From the NCBI RefSeq assembly GCF_009914755.1, contig NC_060936.1: a stretch of DNA of 64,000 bases, one strand, 5' to 3'. Positions 1 through 24,708 of the stretch are shown in pieces. The DNA comes from the human T2T-CHM13v2.0 reference genome, Homo sapiens. The notes under the pieces are model-generated. The model saw only the letters and a program-made list of their open reading frames with translations, ran no database searches and was not told the origin of the DNA. How positions within the stretch are numbered: position 1 is the stretch's first letter; the number at the start of each line of letters is the position of its first letter. The translations under genes and the position numbers were made by a program.

Positions 1-116
1 AATTTTATCAGCACTTAAAAGAAATGTGTTACCAAGTTATGGAAAACATAGAGAAACTTTAAGTGTATATTACTAAGTAAAAAAGTCCATATAAAAAGTA
101 AAAAAAAAAAAAAAAG
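1..116 (+). mobile_element. Old L1M (L1MB/MC-like) 3'UTR fragment ending in an A-run
   Basis: 'gaaactttaagtgtatattactaagtaaaaaagtcca' resembles the L1M 3'UTR motif 'aaacttaaatgcatattactaagtgaaagaagcca'. Confidence 0.45.
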
Positions 117-117
117 A

Positions 118-262
118 AATGGTAAATGCTTGAGGTGATGGATATTCCATATATCTTGTTATGTTTATCATGCATTGTATGGCTGTATCAAAATATCTCA
201 TGCACCCCATAAATATATACACATACTATGTACCCACAAAAAGTAAAAATTAAAAAAAAAAA
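118..262 (+). mobile_element. L1MA/L1PB-type extreme 3' end with poly(A)
   Basis: 'taaatgcttgaggtgatggata...ccccataaatatatacacatactatgtacccacaaa' plus A-tail; homologous to 22130-22260. Confidence 0.75.
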
Positions 263-436
263 GAGGCTGAACCTGCCTGCCTGTTTTCTTCCTCTCTCAC
301 CATGTGATCTCTTCACACTGCTCTCCTTAGCCTTCCCCCATGAGCAGAAGTAGCTTGAGGCTGTCATCAGATGAAGATGCTCAAGGTTTCTGGCCACCAT
401 GAGAATTGTGAGCCAAATAAACTCTTTTTCTTTTAA
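263..436 (+). mobile_element. MaLR LTR fragment (MST/MLT1-like)
   Basis: 'ccatgtgat...catgagcagaagtagcttgaggc...gaattgtgagccaaataaactctttttc' is typical of the MaLR LTR 3' half. Confidence 0.6.
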
Positions 437-556
437 AAAGAAAGAAAAAAAGAAAACACCTTTTAAATCTCCAATTATATTTGAGGCTTATATTATCATT
501 AACTCCCCAAAGCACTAAATCTTAGTCCTGAGAATGTAGGAAACCTTATAGTTTAG

Positions 557-5095
<4,539 letters not shown>

Positions 5096-5994
5096 GAATT
5101 TACTATCTTATTTGGAGACTAGGCAATTACAAATGATGTTATGAGATTTACACAAAGAATGATATTATGAATATATATAAAAAAGAACCTATTAACTCTG
5201 CTCTTGGTACTCTAATTGAAGGTTCACAACAAATTCCAGTTCAATAATGTCAGATATTCTTATTTTAAATACTTATATAAGTAAATAAGTGATACAGAAA
5301 AAAAAAACCTGTAGGTATTTAAGCAGGGGATAGTATTACATTATAAATTGCCCTCAGAGTCCCTCTCAAATGGTGGTTTCACTGCATTTCCAAAAGTGTC
5401 TTCTAAACCATGGTGGGTTTTTTTTGTTGTTGCTTTGGGTTTTTTTTTGGCTTTAGTAACTGAATTATTTCATGGTCCAAGTGGCACACAATAAGAAGTT
5501 CAATCTTCAATGCACTTTAAATCCAAGAATTTAAAGTTAAAAGAACAACAAAGCAGGATATAAAGACTATTTAAAAAGTAGGTCCAGTAAATAGTGACGA
5601 AATTAGAATGACTGAAGTCGGGGGAAAGCACAGACTGATCAGATTACAGAGACTGCTTAGGACATAAGAATGTTTCCTTTAGTGTTAAAAATAGAAACAG
5701 GATATGAGGCAGGAGTGGAGCCCAGTTGTAGTGATCAGGCAAAAATATAGGACAAAATGTCACACCTCTTGGTTCATCAAAATGCTGGTGCTATGCTTGT
5801 ATAAGAAAGCAGGATTGCCACCGTAAGTTTGTAATTTCAATAATGGCAAAAGTGAAAGAATATTCAGGAGAGAAAACGGGAATTGCAGAAGTCTTTTTAC
5901 TTCTTCAAAATCATAAAGTCTAGAAACTATGTATCAAAGTTATAAAAAATTAGACCTTTAAAAATTAAGAAGTCACTTTAAAAATCAGATATTA

Positions 5995-6299
<305 letters not shown>

Positions 6300-6534
6300 T
6301 TAAACATGAAAAAGGAAAATATAGCTTCAGGAGCAAAGAAGCACAAATACCAAATTCTAACATATAAAAGAAAAAAATAAAGAAAACTAAGGCCTTTGCA
6401 GAAGTCAAGCCAATCCTGTCTACTAACAATCGCAGAGGACCCATTCTTTACCCAGGGCATATGCTGTGCATTTTCAGGCACATGGCCTCCTTTCATCTTG
6501 CCAGGCACTTTATAAAATCATTAATAATTTCTGC

Positions 6535-6655
6535 ATCTGGCAGATAAGAAAACTGAGGCTTAAATAAGTTAAATGCTGTACTCAACATTGTATTATGTAG
6601 AAGAACAAGGATTGAAACAGTGACACTTTGACTCCATGCCCATTTTCCTTTCCAT
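6535..6655. mobile_element. MIR core fragment
   Basis: 'cagataagaaaactgaggcttaaataagttaa...ggattgaaac...tgactcca'. Confidence 0.6.
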
Positions 6656-7319
6656 TTAAACATATTCTGATAGGATTAGAAAACTCTTTATAAAAAGATC
6701 CCAGAAAACTTTATGGCAAAGAAAAGCAAATTGCACAATGAATTTTCATCATGAAGAACACAATCCCAGAGACCAGAAACTTTCATTTAGTCTGAAGAAA
6801 AAAAATGTAAACTCTAAGCAAAACTTAAATCCATAGTAAAAGTGCCAGTACAAATGGGCAAAGAGAATGTAGTGGGCTTCAGAAATATTTGTATCATTTC
6901 TTTATTGTCAATGCTCCAGATGGAAGAATGTTACCACTTATTTATAGTATAGAATCTTTTCTCCTATTCTCTGTAGAAAAAAAAAGGAGTAATATGTCAG
7001 ATAACAACCAAATTTATTCTTTCTATTAAATTCCAAAAGTGGTATGTGAGATTTATGGTCATCCTTGTTAAGTTTCTTTAAAGCTTATGAGCATAGAGAT
7101 GAGTGTTTTCATAACGGATTTTTAAAGGAAGAGCGTAATGTGCTTCCCTTTTTTAAAGGCAGCTGCTTGCAAAACCCAGAAACAGTACATCCAGTTACTT
7201 GCTGAAAACCTCAGCCTTTTACATCCACAATAAAAATTGAGTACAAAATGTACAAAGCATAGATTTTCCCCATGTGATTATTATTAAATCCTTAAGTCAA
7301 AAATATTTAAGAATTTATT

Positions 7320-7720
7320 AATAGGCATCGATCCTAAGGAAGCAAGTGAACAAGATACATATGCAGAGTTATTTATAGTAGTGAAAATTTTGAAATAAAT
7401 GTGTATCCAATAAGAGAATAAAATTTTCAATAAAATTTAGGACATCAATTCAACAGACTATTATGCAGCTATTAAAAATGATAATGACACTCTAGGTGCT
7501 GATATAGAAAATCAGTATTATTTTATAAGTTAGAAAGGAAGGTTGCAGAACATTAAAATATATAATTACATTTTACAAATACCTACACATATTTATATTT
7601 TTACATATATCTATATATATATTAAAAGGTCTGAAATGATAAAAATTGAATTATACTTTACTTATTTCTGACTGACCTGTACTATATATTTTATTTTATA
7701 TTAAAAGTAAAGAAATAACT
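7320..7720 (+). mobile_element. Degenerate L1ME-like 3' fragment
   Basis: 'gactattatgcagctattaaaaatgat' and surrounding L1 3'-end-like sequence. Confidence 0.5.
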
Positions 7721-7886
7721 TTTTAAAATAGCATATGGCTCCCTATGTGTAATTTATCAGGGGAATATGGTTACGTTTGAAACACAGAAAGACAACCAGA
7801 AGGAGAATAAAAAATAAAATGAAAAGCAAAGTGTGTATTCCAAGTGGTTATGAAATCTCCCGATATCTAAAGTTAATCTTTAGTTT

Positions 7887-8233
7887 AGCTGGGCACAGTG
7901 GCTCACTGTAATCCCAGCATTTTGGGAGGCCAAGGCAGGAGGATTGCTGAGGCCAGAAGTTTGAGATCAGCCTGGCCAATACAGTGAGACCCCATCTCTA
8001 CAAAATATAGAAAAATTAGCCAGGTGTGGTGCTGTGTGCCTGTAGTCCTAGCTATTTAGGCAGCTGAGGTGGGAAGATTGCTTGAACCCAGGAGTTCAAG
8101 GCTGCAGTGAATCATAATTGTGCCACTGCACTCCAGCCTAAGTGACAGAGCAAGAGCCTGTCTCAAAAAAAAAAAAAAAAAAAACCCACCACCAAGAATA
8201 ACACAACAACAAACCAAAACAACAACAACAAAA
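7887..8233 (+). mobile_element. AluJ SINE with A/CAA-rich tail
   Basis: J-type 'ggaggattgc...ggagttcaaggctgcagtga'; degenerate TSD tctt(t/c)agttta. Confidence 0.92.
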
Positions 8234-8919
8234 GTCTTCAGTTTAATAGTAAATTATCTGTAATTTGAGTCCTTATCCTGTGGTCCTGCAGAGAACTCAG
8301 TCCTTCTGCCTAGAATCTCCAAAACTCTCCCGTGGATGTTTACATGATTTGGTCACTTCTCAAAGTATCCCTTCTCCCTTCTCTAGGACCACCTCTGTTC
8401 TCTTATACATTTTTCTTCCTAATATTGCTGCTAATAACCTTTCATGAAGATTTAAAGAATTCATTAGGAAAGCAAGAGAAAACAGAAAACTTAAAAGTGA
8501 ATATCAGATAATCCTTGCCCTGTGACCATTAATACTGCCCTGTTATAGAGGTTCTTTAGTGGAGAACCAACAACTCCCTTTTTAGCCCCAACCTTCTCAT
8601 GTTTCTGGGACTTGCTTCTACTCAAAGCAGAGGTCTCTCTCTGTTATTACATATTTACCACGGCCCCTACAAGTAAAAATATAATAATCTGTCATTATTT
8701 AATATATAGTAACCTCAACACCAATAAAAAATAATCATTTTGCTTTATTTTGCAGAGCTTTTCCTCCTAGTTTTGGCTAAGTGTTTTAACACCTGGCATA
8801 ATCGAGGGTAATTGAGGAGTTCTCCCAAACAAAAGAGCCCCTAAACATGTCTTCTGCAATTCCTAAATGTTGAAGTAACTAGGAACAGCTTATAAATCAG
8901 TAATGTTTTGTGGTATGTG

Positions 8920-9200
8920 GTACAGGAGTAATTCAAGAAAAATGATAAGGGCCTGAATTAATGCAAGGGCACATTAAGAGAAGACAGTTAATAGATATTA
9001 GAATAAAGAAGTAAATAAATTTGGTTAATGGATGCAGGCACTAATGGAGTGGTGTAGATGACTTCCAGATTTTCTGCCAAGCAAATAGGTTGGAGAAGAT
9101 CAGAGGGATCTTCAATGTGGTTACAAATACTGGTACACAAGTTTTTGGGTACACAAGTGTTTTAGAGTTCAATATGAATTTGAGATTATTCTGAAAAAGC
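8920..9200 (-). mobile_element. Degenerate L2 fragment
   Basis: 'gatgacttccagattttctg' and neighbours match the antisense of the L2 ORF2 3' region. Confidence 0.4.
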
Positions 9201-9809
9201 TAATCCTCAGGTGTCTGGCATTATGGGGAGGCACTGAAAAAAGAAAGTAAAAATCTTCAGAGAATGGATAAGAAAAGAGAAGAATCATTCATACATTTCA
9301 TGTCTTACCAATAAATTCGACATACAAGTAGGCAGAAAAACGAGTGCCCAACAATAATAACAAAAGTCAGTTGATAAAAAGGAAAAATGTGGCAGGTAAG
9401 TTAAAAAGACATTTGTTATTGAAGAAAAGTGGCTTATTATTCTGTGACAGTTTTTATGAACAGGACAAATGACATCTATCATTTTGACCATCAAATCAAG
9501 AATGTGACTTAGATGCTGGGAGAAAAATTGTTAGAGAGCCAGTATGAGCAACAATTCAAGAAATATGCCAAGATGGATGGCTATGTAAGTCTGAATGGGG
9601 TATTTCTGGGGACTGATTCTAATTCAGATTGGAGCTCAGCTTTAATCCTTTCTCCACTCCATAAACAAAATTAAAAAGGCAACCTGAAACAGAAAGTAAA
9701 ATCTCTTGGAAGAACTTTGTTAATCTAAGTATAATTAGACATTACAAGATATAAATGGGTAAAATCCATGTATTACCAATATAGATCCTGTCACATACAT
9801 GAAAAGGAT

Positions 9810-10368
9810 GTTGATGGCAACACCACCAATTTTCAGTGTTCAGGGCAAAATTCTCGGGGTCATCCTTGATCCCTCTCTTACTTCCATGTTCCATATCCAA
9901 TTCTTCAGGAAATCCCATTTGCACCACTTCCAAAATACATCTACATCCATTGACATCATCCTGATCAGGGTCACCATCATCCCCTGCCTGGAATCCCACT
10001 CCTGCCTCCTAACTACTTTTGCCTTTCCTAAGTATCTATTCTCATCAAGATAAACAGGGTAAACTTTTTAAATTTTATGTCAGATCATGTTACTGGTTAA
10101 TTCAAAACCCTTCAAAGGGTCCCTATCTCATTCAGAATAAAAGCTGTTACTTAAAATGGCCAGTCTATAGGGAAGTAACCAGCTCACCCCACGACTACCT
10201 CTCCTCACCTCTCTGAATCTTCTTTGACTATTTCCCTATCTATTAATATCCACCCACACTGGCCATCTTGCTGTTCTCAAGCACCCCAATTTTAGTCCTG
10301 ATTTAGGGCTTTTGCATTGGCTGTTCCCTTTTCCTTGAATATTGTTCCCCAAATAGCCACCTGGCTAA
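9810..10368 (+). mobile_element. L2 LINE fragment
   Basis: 'gtcatccttgatccctctct...catatccaa...ctgcctcctaact...cagatcatgttact...gctgttccc' L2 motifs; cut off by the L1 at 10372. Confidence 0.75.
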
Positions 10369-10371
10369 TGC

Positions 10372-15131
<4,760 letters not shown>

Positions 15132-15239
15132 ATATGTCTCTTTATTAAGAAAAACATAACTTTTATCCAAGCTTATTCTTCTAGGTTAAAAAAAAGGAAA
15201 CACAACTTCTGTTGGAATCAATTTAAAGAGAATATATGC

Positions 15240-15612
15240 ATCAATGGCAGACTGGAAAAGAAAATGTGGTACATCTACACTGTGGAATACCATGCAGCCA
15301 TAAAAAGGAATGAGATCATGTCCTTTGCAGGAGCATGGATGAAGCTGGAAGCCATCATCTTCAGCAAACTAACACAGGAACAGAAAACCAAATACTGCAT
15401 GTTCTCACTCATAAGTGGAAGTTGAACAATGAGAACACGTGGACATAGGGAGGGAAACAACACACACCAGGGCTTGTTGAGGGTTTGTGGGTGAGGGGAG
15501 GGAACCTAGAGGATGGGTCAATAGTGCAGAAAACCACCAAGGCACACATATACCAAAGTAACCAACCTGCACATTCTGCACATGTATCTGGGAACTTAAA
15601 GTAAAATAATTT
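15240..15612 (+). mobile_element. Older L1PA (about PA10-13) 3' fragment
   Basis: ORF2 end plus 3'UTR 'gggaacctagaggatgggtcaatag...gaacttaaagtaaaata'. Confidence 0.85.
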
Positions 15613-16007
15613 TTAGAAAAGATTGGGAGATGGGATATATGAGCTAATAATAGTAGTATATTAAGTTGGGCTCCTATCTCATGTGATAGCATTATAGCCC
15701 CAGCAAGTAATTTGTTTCCAGGTTAAACACTTTAAGTGTGTGTCAACAGTAGGTATGTTGTATCTCTGAAAAGAATTATCACCAGCTTTTTAACAATTGT
15801 AATTGTAACATTAGCATTTTATACTTTCCTTATTTCATATATAAGGCTTGTGCATGTTTTTTAGTTGTCTTAGCTGAGGGTATCTAGAAGGAACTGGAAA
15901 GAACAGATATAAATACCTGACATCTTTGGTCTCAAGATATTAGGACTGTTTATACCACCTAAAATGATAAGCATTTTCAGTGCAACCCCATCAAAATTCC
16001 AGCGACC

Positions 16008-19292
<3,285 letters not shown>

Positions 19293-20339
19293 TCAGGACT
19301 GTCCAGATCTATCCAGTGTTTGAAATTACATTTTCTGTCCCACCAGTTATCAGAAAACTACTAGAATAAAATAATATATCTAAGAACAAATGTCTTAGTT
19401 GTGTAAGGGTGACATAATTAGTTTCCTCCCTTTTCTCTGAATAGTATTTCTGTTATTTTTCCGGTAATTGGAGGTAACATTAACTGAGAATTTGGAGGAG
19501 ATTGTGAAAATTTTGAATAGTACACCAAAGGGTCAAGATCCACTGCTCAGACCTGTACTTCAGCTCAAATAATGTTAGTTGCTATCATGAAGACAATTAA
19601 ATTACCTAAAGTTTTGTTATGTGGACTCTAGCTAATTATACGTTCTAGTATTGGGTGGGTGAAATCATGTTTTACACAACAACAATCTTCTATTTTATGA
19701 TTATGTTTATAATTGTCTCACTAATCTCTCATCCTTTTCCTACTCTCTATTTCTGCCTCAAGAATACAAAGTCTGTACCTATATTTACCTGAAAAAACTG
19801 GGAAGCCACCATTCTATTTTCTCTGGTTTTGAAGGAAACCATTATGATACCCTTTTGAAAACTATGATACCAAAATTACTGATAGGTGGTAGAAAATGAA
19901 CTGAAATATGTCCACATCTTGTATGAATAATGGGAATGAGTTTTAATTTTCAAAATATTCCATAAATTGAACATGTGAAAACCAGACAGTAAGCATTGAA
20001 TGGCAATGTACTTAAGTCCAGCTGGGCTAAAGTAAAGTAATATCCTCCAGAAATTGGAACTGCATAGGAAGCAGTGCCCATCAAACTGTCCTCCCGCTGT
20101 AGATATGAGGAAGTAAACATAAGGAAAACCTGTATGTACATACTTTACCTACTGAAGGAACAAAAACAAAGTCAGCATTATATTTACTAAAAAGTAATAG
20201 GTAAGATGAGGACTGTCAACATGAAGGGCAAGCAACACCTGAGGAAAGGAAGGAGGCAGAACAATCGTTAGATATTTTGTCATCCTCAGTAGGTATACAA
20301 ATGTTGTGACCTTTATGAGACATAAACAAACACACACGG

Positions 20340-21050
20340 GAAGAGAGCAAGATAATATAAAGAGTAAGAGTTGGAATGGGGGCTTGGTGAAGTTAAAAAG
20401 CCTTGTGGAACATTAAAAATGTAATACTATAATTAAAATCTGTATTAGAACAAGCAAAGACAATTGACAGTCCAGAAAAATAAATTTATAACAGGAAGAT
20501 AAAACTGAGAAACTCCATTAGACTATTGAGGAGTAAGACAGAAATAATCTATAGGGGGCATATATGAATAATACAACCAAAGGAATAGAGCTCTTCCTTA
20601 AGTATGAATCACAGTAAATGGGGTAAAACAAATAATCAAGAATTTGATTGGAATAACAAAAGTTTTCTAAAAGGAGAAAGATAAATTAAACATGTAGATT
20701 TAAAAGGATCATTGTATTTTGGGAAATAAATAATGAAAAGTGACTCATTCATATTATTTGGCAACATTTTAAGTACACAAGAAAAAATCTGAGGAAAAAA
20801 TCATAAATTTTAAAAATAGGTAAACTATAATGTAAAGGAACAAAATTATACTGGCCTGAGACTTATTTTCTGCAACAGGTGACAATGAATATAGAGTAAT
20901 GGATTATTGTAAGAAAATGTTTATGACCCAATAGTTATCAACCAACCCATCTGTCATGTGTGAGGATGGTAGGACATTTTAGATTTGTAATGTTTTAGAA
21001 AATGTGCACTTGCACACAGTGTCCAAAATTACTTCAGAAAGACAAAAACA
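20340..21050 (+). mobile_element. Highly degenerate L1ME/HAL1 ORF1-like relic
   Basis: A-rich; 'aaaggaacaaaattatactggcctgagacttattttctgcaaca...aagaaaatgtttatgaccca' resembles the ORF1 C-terminal region. Confidence 0.35.
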
Positions 21051-21732
21051 TAAGTGACTAAGAAAGATATGGGAAAGCAGAACAGGGAGGAAAGCAACAG
21101 GAGTGAAAGAAAATGTGTGTCAGCAGGACGTACCAGGCAAGTCCCTTTGGAATCAGCAAAACAGTGTGAGAGGAAATGCTGAGTTTATTATTTAGGAGAA
21201 TCTGAGGTTGCATTTTTTCCCTCTTGCCATGTTCTTCTTCCTTCCCCAGCCCTCCTTCCCTGGCTACTGTCTCTAGGGCTAGCAAGGGAAGGAGAAAGTA
21301 AGCATGAAGAGGAAGTAAGTTTAGAAGGAATGAAGAAATGTAGTCACTGTGAGGCCTATGACCTTTTCCTAAACAGGGCAAGGAAGTAAATTCTGAAGTA
21401 CAACAATGAAAATGAGGATTTCAGTGTGTTCAGGAAAGTTCACATGATTCAGAAGGCTATGACTTTGGGTTAAAGGACCATTAATTTTCTGTGTCAGTTT
21501 TTGCCTTTGTGACCATGATGTTTAATATTTGTCTGACCTTACTTGAATGCTAGTGATCCTTACACAGACATGGGGGATAAAAAAGAAATGATAGCTAGAG
21601 TTGTATGAGAGACAGATTAAAACTTTCAGGGTCTTTCAAGCCCTGAACACCTTATGGTGCTCTTCCATATAAGTAATTAAAAATAATTAAGCATTCCAAT
21701 ATGAATAAGGAAGTCCAAGAAGATTCTAGATT

Positions 21733-22269
21733 TAAAATGTGGTACTTACACACAATGGAGTACTATATAGCCATAAAAAGGGAATGAGATCCTGTCATTT
21801 GCAATAACATGGATGAAACTGGAGATCATTATGTTAAGTGAAATAAGTCAGGCACAGAAAGACAAACATCACACATTCTTACTTATTTGTGGGATCTGAA
21901 AATGAAAACGATCAAACTGATAAACATACACTGTAGAAGGATGGTTATCAGAAGCTGGGAAGGGTAGTGAGGGACTGGGGTGGAGGTGAGGACGGTCAAT
22001 GGGTAAAAAAATACTTTGAATAAGACATACTGTTTGATAGCAAAACAGGGTGACTATAGTCAATAATAACAGTTGTACATTTTAAAATAACTAAAAGCAT
22101 GGAATTGATTTGTTTGTAACACAAAGGATAAATGCTTGACGGGGTGGATACCATATTTTCCGTGGTGTACTTATTTCACATTGCATGCCTGCATCAAAAC
22201 ACCTCATGTAACCCATAAATATATACACCTACTATGTACCCATACAAATTAAAAATAAAAACATTTTAA
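21733..22269 (+). mobile_element. 5'-truncated L1MA (L1MA2-like)
   Basis: ORF2 end plus 3'UTR; 13-bp TSD aagattctagatt at 21720-21732 and 22270-22282. Confidence 0.9.
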
Positions 22270-22435
22270 AAGATTCTAGATTATGTCCCAACTACTACTC
22301 CTTCAATGGTTTATTGTTATTTAAAATATGAAAAGTTTCCCCGATTGCCTTTGAATGCCATAATTAGACATTCTTTGTCTTTCTATTAGATAAGCTTTCA
22401 CTGATGTTGTAGCTTCTGGGTCTTATCTTATCAAA

Positions 22436-22440
<5 letters not shown>

Positions 22441-22470
<30 letters not shown>
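22441..22470. repeat. (GT)15 microsatellite
   Basis: Read directly. Confidence 0.98.
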
Positions 22471-22472
<2 letters not shown>

Positions 22473-22884
22473 CCATGTGTCCATCTCTTCCTTGATTCTT
22501 ACTGGTGTAGCTTCCTATTGGTGTAGCTCCCAACATCTATGGCTACTTCATAACTTTCCTCTCTCTCCAGAATTTCCTTATTCTTTACCCACACTCTCTT
22601 ATGCTTCCCAGTTGATGTATTCTGCCCTCTTTTGCACCTTTCACCTTCTTCACTTCTCAAACAGGTCATACTCCTGTTATTTTCTTGTGTATCTTGGATT
22701 TATTCTATACAGGCTTGTTTACCCCTTACTTCACTCTCTTAGACCTACAAAAATTTGACTTACCAGTGAAGGTAACTTGTTTTCTGCCTCCTTTTCCATA
22801 TCTATGTCTAAATGAGAGAGATATTAATAAATTGACCTTGTCCTATACTGGTGCTTCTCTGTATCATTCCTGCTTTATTGAAAG

Positions 22885-22960
22885 TCTCTTAAGATTAAAT
22901 GAGGCAATATTTATAAAATGCTTACTACGTTCTCTAAGACATATTAGACAAGCATTAAAC
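22885..22960. mobile_element. MIR 3' fragment
   Basis: 'aagattaaatgaggcaatatttataaaatgctta...gacatattagacaagcattaaa'. Confidence 0.5.
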
Positions 22961-23929
22961 TGTAATCTTAATTACATTTTAAGAGTGATATTGGAGATAC
23001 TGAGGAAAATATAAGTGTTATATGCCATTGATACTCTCCTAGTTTTGTTTTATATACCCTTTATACACTGTATATAAAACAGGATTTATGGTCAAACTAC
23101 AAAAAAGAATAATGCTGAATTCACAGAGAAATGATTCAAAACTAACTTTTGCAACATCAATAATTAAAAAGTATACATCCTGAAAATTTAAGAAATTTAC
23201 CTATTTTACTTCCTTTCTTACCTCCTCACCCTATTGCATTTTTGGTTTCTAAAATAAAGATCTCTGAATCACACTGTTATTATTATTGCTGTTATAATCA
23301 CTAATTTTCTCTAGGTTTTCAATTTCTTTCTTAAGGATTAGTTATTACATTCATACTGTTTTGTAAGTTTGTTAGGTTAATTAATTTAGATTTAACGCCC
23401 ATGCTTAACTGGTTTTATTGTACACCTTCAAACCTTGGATAATTTTTTTCTAGATTTGTATGCTTCTTTTTTACTTTAGTATTTGGTTGACCCAAGTATA
23501 CCTTTCAGTTCAGTTTTTAATTATTCAGCTTTTACACAACAATACTTATACTTTATATAAAATCATCATGTTCTCTTACTCATATATCAAATATATTTTT
23601 ATATGTAAATCAATAATTGAAAGTATTTCATGATTATACATCCTAGTAAGTACCACAGTCAATGCCACTAGCTTCAGATATATACCTTTGTTGCTACATT
23701 TATTTAAATATTTTTCAGCAATTTTCTTTTATTACATTTACATGAGTCCAAACAGAAAAAAATTGATGATACTGTCAATGTGTATAGGTCTCATAAAATT
23801 ACAGTTAAGACAACACACACATTAATTGTGCCGAAAATGATAAATCTGTAGCTTCAACTGGATATTCATTGCTATTAAACCACTTGGATCTGTGTTTAAG
23901 TGTGAAGGAAAATAATTAATATAAAGGTA

Positions 23930-24128
23930 TTGCTTCACCCACTTCCCGTTTCCTTCTTTGGGATCTCTCCTTGACTAGGAGCACTGGCAACCTTCTTGCA
24001 ACCATGAGAACTTGGCAGAGACACAAGTAAAGTGCCATGACATCACTGAGTCACTACATAATTCTTGACTTTCTCACTTCTAAAGTTCCTCCTGTTATAC
24101 GTAAAAGTTAAATCTCCTCATTACTTTA
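23930..24128 (+). mobile_element. MLT1-like MaLR LTR fragment
   Basis: 'gcaaccttcttgcaaccatgag...atgacatcactgagtcact' resembles MLT1J/K. Confidence 0.4.
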
Positions 24129-24154
24129 AAAACAAAAAAAGATTGAGAGAGAGA

Positions 24155-24585
<431 letters not shown>

Positions 24586-24708
24586 TTAATGTAAGTTATA
24601 AAAACTATGTCAAACAGGTAAGATATAAGTATGAATTCTTTCATGACCTACAACATGTAAATTGTACATCAGAATTTCATATTTATTTTTCAAAAATACA
24701 TTGTGTGA

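Noticed and set aside
6930-6990. Minus-strand splice acceptor (ctttttttttctacag) as a host-gene exon
   Set aside because: All three downstream frames stop within 13 codons and I recognise no protein or partner exon.
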